Of a DNA stretch of 64,000 bases, positions 35,422 to 46,786 are shown in pieces. Source of the stretch: Macrostomum lignano (lineage: Eukaryota); the NCBI GenBank assembly GCA_002269645.1, contig NIVC01000413.1, positions 1 to 64,000 of the forward strand. The letters are read 5' to 3'. Made by a program: the position numbers and the translations under genes. The notes below the pieces were generated by a model, which had not been told where the DNA came from, searched no databases, and worked only from the letters and a program-made list of their open reading frames with translations. Position 1 is the first letter of the stretch. Each line of letters opens with the position of its first letter.

Positions 35422-36524
35422 AATAGCAGCGGAACTTGGGCATGGGATTAAGATAGATTTGGTCACTGAGGTATAACTACTTAGTAAAACAGCTTTCTAC
35501 TTTCAGTTCAGTAGCAAAGAAGAATACAAAAGCTATTTTATAAAAATAAAGTCAGCTGAACTGATTTTGATAAGTTTAGAAGTCCACCCAAGCTTGTAGG
35601 CGTAAACAGCTTGCTAATTGGTTCAGCAATAATGTACATTAGCCAGTCCATTGAAATGTACAAGGCAATAAAAATTGGGGCGGGTGGGGGTGTGGAAAGG
35701 CGCGGTTGGAGGGTTTAGCTGGGGGGGGGGAGTAAGAGCCAATAAATGAGCCTTGGCTTTAAAATACATTATTAAAATGCTTCTGTATAACTTACTACTG
35801 AACTGAAAGTAGCTTACACGCAAATGTGCTGAGTGGCACATCTAGTAATTAAAGTATCTGTGGTTCTGTGTAATCTGCCTGGCACACTTTATACTGACTT
35901 TGACTTTGCTATTCAAAATTTAAAGAAACAATAATTTAACAAAGTCTATTTTTACTTAAAATCATAAACTCTTTATATTGATTAATCATAATGCAATCAA
36001 TAAATTAAAATAAAACTACGGCTTAACAACCGGACTGGAAAAAAATCTACGATACTCACTATAATGCAATAATTTATGAATATAGCTACTACTACTGTAA
36101 ATAAGTAGTAACGAAGCGCATGATGCCTAGGTTGATTTAGCACAAATAGAATTAACCATTGTTTTATTGGCTAACATGCACCAACTAATGTGATTTCGAA
36201 GCGGGGCAAAAACACTGAAAAATACCCACTTTACTCGTAAAAGCTGCTGATATGATAGAATAACTTACTAAGACTATAATGAAAAATCGCATTAAAAAGT
36301 GACGCATGATACTACTAACGCAAGTAGCAGAATTTGCTGATAGTGTGTACGCATAACAGATATCAAATTGAAAATGAATTTAAAAACAAACGACCACTCG
36401 ACAGGATATAGAAAATTAAAATAGTATTGCGTTATTAATAATGGTCACTGTTTGTTTCTGAGATCTGTGCGCATTGCAACTTACTGCAGTAAAATTTTCA
36501 AGGAGAGCTATGGACTGCACAAAA

Positions 36525-37155
36525 CAGAATCCCAGCTCACAGGAAAGATTATTGGGAGAGCTAAATATACCAACTCACAAGATTATTAGGAGAGCTAAAC
36601 ATCCCAACTCATATAGGGAAGATTAGGAGACCTAAATATACCAACTCACAAGGAAGATTATTAGGAGAGCTAAACATCCCAACTCATATAGGGACGATTA
36701 GGAGACATAAATATCCCAACTCACAGGGAAGATTAGGAAACATAAATATCCTAACTCATATAGGGAGATTAGGAGACCTAAATATCCTAACTCATATAGG
36801 GAAGATTAGGAGACATAAATATCCCAACTCATATAGGGAAGATTAGGAGACATAAATATCCCAACTCATATAGGGAAGATTAGGAGACCTAAATATCCCA
36901 ACTCATATAGGGAAGATTAGGAGACATAAATATCCCAACTCATATAGGGAAGATTAGGAGACCTAAATATCCTAACTCAAATAGGGAAGATTAGGAGACA
37001 TAAATATCCCAACTCATATAGGGAAGATTAGGAGACTTAAATATCCCAACTCATATAGGGAAGATTAGGAGACTTAAATATCCCAACTCATATTGGGAAG
37101 ATTAGGAGACCTAAATATCCCAACTCACTCACTTTAGGGAAAGATTAGGACCTAA
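36525..37155. repeat. 37-bp minisatellite, about 16 copies, downstream of HGD
   Basis: Unit AAATATCCCAACTCATATAGGGAAGATTAGGAGAC(A/C)T. Confidence 0.93.
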
Positions 37156-37280
37156 ATATACTACGCTCGTAATTCCCAACCCACTGGGAATACAAAATAT
37201 CCAATAAAAATGGGAGCGCTGAGATCTATAGTCAATCAGTAATCTTCTGTCAATAGATCAGTTCAATAACAATTGAATTC

Positions 37281-40109
37281 CTACTTCCCACCACTAGAAG
37301 CAGTCTTAGGCCCGGTGAAATTCTTCTTCAAGCCTTGCCAACACTTGTAATAGTTGGCATCCAAACGCTGGCAGATTCTATTAGCCCAGGCGGTAACAGC
37401 CAGACTCAAAGACGATTCAAACATAAACGACATGGTCCCGGCCGCTACCCTCTGCGGAGCCAATTCAGCTGTTGAAGCCTTCTCAAAACAGTCTGCATCA
37501 GGACCGTGCGGAGTCATCATTGAGTGCAGAGTGGCTCCACCAGGTAGGAAGCCCTCCTCCTTAGCTTCGTAGTTGCCGTAGATCAGGCCCATGAACTCGC
37601 TCATGCAGTTCCTATGGTAGTATGGCGGACGAAACGTCTTCTCGGCCACGCCCCAACGAGGCGGAAAGATGACAAAGTCGCACAGAGCTGTGCCCGCCTG
37701 CGCAGGTGAGAGCATAAAGTCAGCCAGTCTCTGGATTCTGTTAGTAGTTATTCGATCTGTTCATCTACTTAGTACTAGTAAGTAGCATAGTACAAAATCT
37801 AAACCTCTAAATCTATCTATCTATCTATCTATCTATCAATATCTATCTATCTATCTACGAGTATCTATCAATCAATCAAGAAAAATTGATAGAGCTCACC
37901 TTAGCCCCAGGACAGGTGAGCACAGTGAATATGCTGGGATCCATATGGTCAACGCTAACAGAATTGACCACAACGAAATTGGCCAAATCGTACTTGTAGG
38001 GCGCGTAGTTGCCGTGCCAAGCGACCACATCGAATGGGGAATGGTGCTGCTTAGCAACAAACAGAGCGCCCTGATATTTGCTAATAATTTCATAGCCAGC
38101 ACTCTCAGCTGACAGATCCCGATCCTCATACCAGGCAACTGGAGTTAGGAAATCCCTCGGATTAGCTAATCCATTGGCACCGATAGGGCCTAAGCCAGGC
38201 AGCACAAAATGATTGCCCCAAACTTCTAGAATGTAGCCCCTGCTGGGGCCGGTGACCTCGACTGAGAATCGGATGCCCTGTTGGATCACGCAGATCTCTC
38301 TGGGCCGGACCTGGTATGGATAAAATACAGGTGTTTATGTCCAAGCCAAAGTAATAAATGGAGATTGTGTCCATACATTTAATTAGGATACTGTGTAAAA
38401 AGTGTTTATGCGTGGTTCTAATAAGCTCGCAGGTGTGCTATACAGCTGATTCTAGATAAGCTCGCAGGTGTGCTATACAGCTGATTCTAGATAAGCTCGC
38501 AGGTGTGCTATACAGCTGATTCTAGATAAGCTCGCAGGTGTGCTATACAGCTGATTCTAGATAAGCTCGCAGGTGTGCTATACAGCTGATTCTAGATAAG
38601 CTCGCAGGTGTGCTATACAGCTGATTCTAGATAAGCTCGCAGGTGTGCTATACAGCTGATTCTAGATAAGCTCGCAGGTGTGCTATACAGCTGATTCTAG
38701 ATAAGCTCGCAGGTGTGCTATACAGCTGATTCTAGATAAGCTCGCAGATGTGCTATACAGCTGATTCTAGATAAGCTCGCAGGTGTGTTATACAGCTGAT
38801 TCTAAATAAGCTCACAGGTGTGTTATACAGCTGATTCTAAATAAGCTCACAGGTGTGTTATACAGCTGATTCTAAATAAGCTGGCAGGTGTGTTATACAG
38901 CTGATTCTAAATAAGCTGGCAGGTGTGTTATACAGCTGATTCTAAATAAGCTCACAGGTGTGTTATACAGCTGATTCTAAATAAGCTCACAGGTGTGTTA
39001 TACAGCTGATTCTAAATAAGCTGGCAGGTGTGTTATACAGCTGATTCTAAATAAGCTGGCAGGTGTGCTATACAGCTGATTCTAAATAAGCTGGCACGTG
39101 TGTTATACAGCTGATTCTAAATAAGCTCACAGGTGTGTTATACAGCTGATTCTAAATAAGCTCACAGGTGTGTTATACAGCTGATTCTAAATAAGCTCAC
39201 AGGTGTGTTATACAGCTGATTCTAAATAAGCTCACAGGTGTGTTATACAGCTGATTCTAAATAAGCTCACAGGTGTGTTATACAGCTGATTCTAAATAAG
39301 CTGGCAGGTGTGTTATACAGCTGATTCTAAATAAGCTCACAGGTGTGTTATACAGCTGATTCTAAATAAGCTCACAGGTGTGTTATACAGCTGATTCTAA
39401 ATAAGCTCACAGGTGTGTTATACAGCTGATTCTAAATAAGCTCACAGGTGTGTTATACAGCTGATTCTAAATAAGCTGGCAGGTGTGTTATACAGCTGAT
39501 TCTAAATAAGCTCACAGGTGTGTTATACAGCTGATTCTAAATAGGCCCCCACCCCTACAGGTGCGTTACTGTTGATTAGGGCCTATAAACACCCACCTGC
39601 AATTTGCCCATCTCAGTAGTAATCAACAGTTCGCCCTGTTGCGGTACCAGCAGAAAGTCGCCATCAGAGTTGTACATAGCCCGGTCCTTCATGCTAGCAT
39701 TGCAGGCGTAGACGTGGATAGCGGCGCCGTAGCGCGTCTTTGGATCGCCGGCGCCGCACAGGGTGGCCAGGCTTTCCACAAAATCCAGCCGGCGCTCATC
39801 TAAGCTTGGCACAACAAACGGCAGCCAACGCAACTGATTGGGATTAGGCGGTTCCGCATTGAAATCGGCTGTAAAATTGGTTGGACCAGATTGAATAGGT
39901 TTGAATGGTTGGTGCACAGCGCTAGGACGAATCCTGTATAGCCAGACTCGTTCGTTAGATTCGCGCGGAGCAGTGAAAGCTGTGCCAGACAATTGCTCAG
40001 CGTAGAGGCCATAGGCGCAGCGCTGCGGATTGTTCTGGCCGCGCGGGGGTAGGGCGCCGGGGCAGCGCGGGTCTTCTGTGGCAAATTCGTTGCCAAAACC
40101 ACTTTGGTA
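37281..40109 (-). CDS. HGD: Homogentisate 1,2-dioxygenase; exons 40109-39597, 38310-37900, 37697-37281; initiator micro-exon not resolved
   Basis: [75 protein letters not shown] and MTPHGPD. Introns are phase 0 with GT-AG boundaries. Confidence 0.96.
37810..37870. repeat. (TCTA)n microsatellite in an HGD intron
   Basis: Read directly from the sequence. Confidence 0.9.
38420..39542. repeat. 35-bp minisatellite, about 32 copies, HGD intron
   Basis: Unit GCTGATTCTA(G/A)ATAAGCT(CG/CA/GG)CAGGTGTG(C/T)TATACA. Confidence 0.97.
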
Positions 40110-42238
40110 CTGTTTTTGGCGAAGTGAAAGTAAGAGTGAAAAAATCAATAATATGTTATTGCACTACTGAAATAGTTGTTGCGAGAGTAGTATGGGAGCA
40201 TTTTGACTGCCACTTTTTTACTACCAATGATTTAGGTTAAACTAAATAAAGGTTAGGCACAACCGAAAACACATTCAGTCACAGAATTACAGGCTGTTTA
40301 CAGAATCATTGGGAGATAGCCTATTTCATGCATTGCAAGTTTCATCTGGATGCCTTCTGACCTAGACAATATTGGTACTAAGCATGACCAAGCATGGTAC
40401 AAGGAAATTTACACTATGGTGCCCATACATCTGGCTACCACTATGCTATCAATCATTGCATGGCATTTTTTCCGGGGTCATGTAGGCATATAATACTCTG
40501 CTAAACCATATAGTAGTAAATCTATGCCTCTATTTAATAGGGACCCTAATATACTATCTTTATACAAACCTGATTGATAAAACCTAGGTATACACAAAGA
40601 CTAAGTTCTAAAATGTGAAAACTAGTGATGTACTACTATGCCTACTACTATTGACACTATTGCCTATTTACCATTAACTATTAATTATAAATCATTAAGA
40701 ATCATTAGATAACAAAATGTAGAAAATCAAAGTTACTTATTATTACACCATTAAATAGATTAAGAGACATATAAACATATTAAAATTAAACTCTTTAGAT
40801 GAAAAAATATGTAAAACATTGTAAAAAAGTTTAAAAATTGATTAAAAAATACCAAATTGATTTTGATCTCACTATCAGCTAGGCCATCAAGAGGATGACA
40901 CTTAAAGTCTTAGACTTAATTTTTAGGCCTCACTAAAATTTTACAATTAAATATGTTTAATATCCAAAATTTTACTTAGCTAATAGTAAAACAGTTTTTT
41001 TTACGAAAATATAATAAAGGCTTAGGCATAGTTTAGGTTCACTATTATTTTATATCTAAAAAGTTTTTTTGTAAATATATATTTGTTTTATCTAAAATTC
41101 AAATACTTTATTATTTTAGCTTCAAAAACTAAATAACAGAATTATTTTTCTATTAATTTGTTTTTTCCTTATCATTTCTTTTAGGCCTACTCAAGTTTTG
41201 TCTCTAAAGTTTTTTAAGTTTTTTTCTTAACTCTAATGTTTTTCTCTTGTCAATATTTTACCCTAGGCCTAGGCCTAATTCAAGAATATCAAGAGAGTCT
41301 AAAGGATCTAAATTATAGCACCAAACCTAACTAGGCCTAGTCTTAGATAAATTAACTACTTCACTAAGATTTAAATTAGGCCTAGAGTATCTTTAATCTT
41401 ATATTATAATTATATAGCACTTAATAGTTTCTATTAATGATCTGACTTAGGCCTACTGATTAGAAGAGGTCTATTTTCCTAGATGTTTGATAAATAGCAA
41501 TGCTTCTAGTTATATATTCTCAAATTTGTTACATGGTATACTAGAAAAAGTGACCCCTTATAGTTAAACTATATTATAATGTCAAGTTAATACTAGGCGT
41601 CTAGGCCCATAGAAAAAAACAAATTTATTAGTCATTTAGTGATATATTGCTTGATATTATCAGAAGGGCATTGCAATAATAAAGGTTAAAGTTGGACCTT
41701 TTTGCATTAGGCCTATGACAATGACAATAAACAATCCTTTTTTGCATTAGGGCATTAGGCCCCTAGCCCTAGCTACACCATTTTGGTCTTTTGTAGCCCC
41801 TATGCCAACAGCTACAATATATGCTGGCTCTGTGGCAAAATTTTCTAACAGTTTGTTTCATACACCAGATTTTTTATGCCAACCATTTTTTCACATATGT
41901 TGTATGCCAGAATTTTTCAACATATATGCCCCATTTGGGAGTGGAACAATGCTTAATTTTTAAAGTATCATTAGTAGCAGTTAAAAATTAACATAAAATA
42001 AATTATTATACATGAAAAATGAAAATATATAATATATTTCATGGGAGAGGACTACACCAAATGCTAATACTCACATTGTAATCCTCAGGAAAGACTTCAT
42101 TAAAAATAGTCTCTGAACTCTTAACTACTTTAGCATCACTAGACTTGGCAGGTGTCCTATTTGTGCGCTTCATGGTTAGCAGAGATTAGATATAGAGCTA
42201 TTAGTGCCGTTTTCAACCAGAAAGGGTCTGCTTCTTTC

Positions 42239-42496
42239 GGCCTTTTCATATTACCAATTCCAGAACCAGAATCGGTTTGGAATTCCAAGAAAAACAGCAG
42301 TATAACTATTAAACTCTGTTAATATTTGACTGCCTTAACAACCTCACTTAGCACAATTTTTTCACATCTTTTTGGCGATTGTCATTCAATAATAAAAACT
42401 TTATAGCACGTATCTCCCTCTAGTTATGGAGACAAAAAGTTATACTTCACAAATTGGTTCTGGTTCTGGAACCAGAACAAGCAATATGAAAAGGCC
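42239..42496. mobile_element. MITE (258 bp) with 14-bp TIR GGCCTTTTCATATT
   Basis: Perfect TIRs at 42239-42252 and 42483-42496, with subterminal CCAGAACCAGAA / TTCTGGTTCTGG motifs. Confidence 0.72.
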
Positions 42497-45400
42497 CTTT
42501 TAGCCCTAAACAAGAAAAATAAATAAAGCCTTGCTTTGTTACGATCAAATGTATTGTATCTAAGTATCTTGATTTCTTGATTCTCAGGTTTTGATTTATT
42601 ATAATTATTTTTAAGATCTGTAGTTTTATCTGTTAATAAAAAATAAAATCGATAAGGGTGATGGGTGATTGCTGATAGTCAGCTCATACATGGTTCTAGG
42701 GGGACCTCATTTTTAACAAACATTAATTCGCGATAATATTTTGCCTTTTGAAAAAAATTAGCTTTGCGCGGATTCAATTTTGGCTACTAAAAACTATTTT
42801 ATATACTTTGCGTGTAAAAATAGGGCCTACTTATTCGCAAATAATAAAAGAATAAACATAACTATCCATTAGCGTGTAAAAATAGACGAATGTGAGTATA
42901 GACTATTACATAATAAATCACAATGCTGTGTAAATCTACTCTACAAATCAGTATATGAGTTATATCTACTATAAACTCACATGTACGATGTACATTACAT
43001 ACATTAGGCCCTACACTGATTACAGCCACGCCACAGGTATGCACGTCTGTTATCTGTATAAAGTTAGGCCTAACACCAACCATTTAGGCTAGCCAGGGTA
43101 TCCATTCCTTTTTGTGCCTCAGTTTGCTTTTTGTTGCCTAAATTCTAAATTATAATTCGACACAAAAAAAGAAAAAGAAAAAAGTGAGCCCTAATTTAAC
43201 AATTAACAATAGCTAAGTGCTTTGAAGTACTTTTTACTTTAAATAATAAAGGACCTTAGGACTTTATTAGTTACCTTAGTAAGGTATTATTAATTTTCTT
43301 AAGCCAGCACTGATTTTTCAAAAAAGACAAACATGCATACTAATTGAATATTTTTAATTTAACCAATATATTTGCCTCTGTTTGATAACTTAGCCAAGCA
43401 TACTTTCTACCTTAGGAATTTTCATAGGCCTACTTATAAATAAAGTGGTAATATACTTTTTGGAAATTTGACACTTTGGGAATAATTTAAAATTATTCTT
43501 AATCTCTATAAATGCTATGTTATCATTCTATTCTAGCTTTCTAGACCAAGCTTGCTTTGACATTACAAATGACATTACATAGGGTTTTTCTTCAATTCCA
43601 CCACTTAGCTACCAACTATGGTAAGGATGCTTCTTCTCACTATAAGTAAGTATTCTAAAAGGCTGCTACCAATGTTGTTAAAGGGCCAAACTTCTCTCTT
43701 TAAATCTTAATTGCTGTCACTGAAAGGTATCTACTAGGAGCTAATTTATAATTTATATCTTTTGGGATGATCTTACATTCTTACAGCTATTACCAAGGAC
43801 AAGGTTGTTCTAATAATTCCTAGTACTTAGGGCCTATTTATAGTTTCATATATATTGCATGAATATTTTGATGGTATGGTATATTTATTTATTTACAGGC
43901 CTAAGCAGTCTTATGGCACTGTTTGCCCTATTAGGCTATTTTTATATTTCTATTTTACTCCTTAAAAGGGTTCTTCTTTCAGTCCTAGGCATTGCTAAGA
44001 TTAGAGGGTCGTAGCTTCTAAGCATTTTATTGCCCTGGGGCAATTTACTACTCTAAGGCAATTTATTGCTCTAAGGTGATCTTTCTCACTCTACTTAGGC
44101 CCCCCAGGCTAGTAATTCTTGATTTCAATAGTTCTAATTCTCCCAACTTGGGTTTCTTAGGCCTAATCCTTTAGAAATGAATAAGCTGAATCAACCTCAC
44201 TGAACAATTTTTAGGATTATTAGAACTATTCAAAAGTAAGAGAAAGCTCATAAAAAGAATGACTTTCTTGGTTCTTTTGGGCTTTCTATTATTTTGGGAA
44301 CAAGTGTTATAGGCCTTTTGGCTCTCTATGAAATCCTTCGCTGCCACCAAGCTGTTATAGGCATTTTGGCTCTCTATGAAATCTCAACTGCTAACACCAA
44401 TGCTGTGCTTGTGGTGCTTCTTCCTACTTTTATCAATTTTAATCCTACTAAATGCTACTAAAAGCTGTCGTAGGGGATACTTCTTTCTTAATAATCTTAC
44501 TGGTTATTATTTGCCTTTTACTAGTACCGCATGTACTTCTATTGGTGGTGCATGTACTTTTATTGGTAGCATCTGTACTTTTATTGGTAGTGTCTATACT
44601 TCTATTGTACTTTCTGGCCTAAGCGGTCTTTTTTTGGCACTGTCTATCCTATCCCTATATTCTAAAGATATTATTCTCAGTCCTGGGCATTCCCAGGATC
44701 AGAGGGTCACAGTGTACTTTGCTGGGTATTCTGCCCTAAGGCGGGTTTCTCAGACTCTGAGTCCTGTGGTAGGATCTCTGCCTTCTAAAGGTGGGTTACT
44801 AGACTCCTAAGTCTAGGATCTCTCGTTCTCTGAGAACGGATTGAACTCCCAATCTTGGGGCAACTCCAATGTCACTATCCACTACTCGAAATAAGTAACA
44901 CAAGTGATCACCAGCCCAAGGCTGATTTAAAGCTTGATCAATGTTCGAAACAATGGTACAAGACCAACAAACAAGAAATGGTTCACAAGGTTACTTATTT
45001 TGGCTCCCAGCTGACTCCTATTTATAGTAAAATTTTCCTAGTATTTAAAACAAAGTATTAATACATAGAATATTTAGAATATTTTGCATACAAGAAATAT
45101 TTTTAATATTCGCATGGTATAACAATAGTACATTTTTTAAATGCAACCTTTTCTAAGAAATTGTTATAAAAACTGGAGGCCTATTATACAAGTATTAAAC
45201 AAATATATCCAGAAAATATTATCTCATATTACAACATTAAAACAAAACATTTTAGCAGAAATTTGAACATTATTTTTTCTAAGAAAAAAAGTTTTAATTA
45301 TAGAAAAAGAAAGTACTATAAAACAAATATTGTAATATTATAAATACACTACATCACTGACTATATTTATTTTTTTCAGTGCCAATATGAATATCAATCC

Positions 45401-46786
45401 TTTAGTAAGCAGCAATTTAGCTAGCTAACCTCACAAATTTATAATTTCCAATTTTACAATTTTGCAAAAAAACCTAATAGGACTTATCAAGATAATTCAA
45501 TTTGCACTTAATTACTCTTTTTTGACCATTGACTTTAACTATTGACTCTCCTTTTGTTGTTAATTAGTAGTGACACAAATCTCTAACTATAAAAAGAACT
45601 ATATGTTTGTATGTCTGTCTGTATACAAATTTGTTTACTATGGCCTTTGGTATAGATTCCTAAACTGCTCAACCAAATTACACCAACTTTTGCACCTACC
45701 CTAAACTCATTATGGAGAATGTCTTTATGTCCTAGGCTACTATTAGGCTATTATAAAATTTCTTCAATCCAAGTCTTTCTTCCTATCTACGAGTAAAAGC
45801 ATAAAAACTGCTAAAAGTATGATTTTTTCTAAATCCTTTATATCCATAGCATTGCTCCACTTTTACCAATCCTCTTCAAATTTGACACAAGCAATCTTCA
45901 ACTACTTTGACACAATTGTATAAAATTTTGAGTCTCGAAGTTAATGCTTAATGGCACTGTGCACTTTCAAAGTTAGTCTGCTTTTTGTCAGCAAGATAGC
46001 CACCCCAAACCTGTGCCTCTTTCCCCTTCCCTTATCTTATCTAGCCAGTGGCCAGATTACCTTTTGGCTATCATGTTTGATCCATATAAAGCAATTGACT
46101 TCAAACCTGATACAAAACCTTATTGACTCTTTATGTGTTTAAATAGTCTCACTTCCTTCATGTCCTATATATATTAGAAAGCAAAATAATTGCTCTGCAA
46201 TAAACAAATAGCTGTCTGTCACTTACCACTCTAAAAGCTTATTGGTTCACAATATAACTATTCAGACCTTTGGAATTAACATTGAGAGTTAAACAAGTTG
46301 ATTGTTTGGGCAGGGGATTCTAAGAGAATTTACTAAGAGTATTGCCATGACCCTCTAATCTTGGTAATACCCAAATTGGAAATCAGTGCATGCTTTGGCC
46401 ATGATACATTAGTCACTAATAGAAGAATACTAAGACCAGAGTTAGAAAGTGCAACCATAGAAATTAAAGTTTAGTAGAGAAAGTAGATCTGGAACAACTT
46501 AGGTGGCAGCTCTTTTCTAAGATAAAGGTATATTGCCTGTCATAGCTGATATTAAATGAATCATTCTTAAGGATAGAAGATAAGAGCCATAATAATAGGC
46601 TCTATTGTTTCATAAAATAGCAAATTATATGAATTTTAAGCCTATAGGTAGGCTAAGGCTAACAAAAATTGGATTTCCAATTTATTAGTACATATTACTA
46701 CTAAGTATGCTATAAAAAGAATAAATTATATTTTTATTGTAAATATTTAAATTTTATATTATAAAATTTCAGAACTGAAAATCTGC

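Noticed and set aside
44376-44810. 144-aa hydrophobic ORF with a 21-bp internal repeat
   Set aside because: It lies in decayed CpG-poor repeat DNA with no recognisable domain or splice support.
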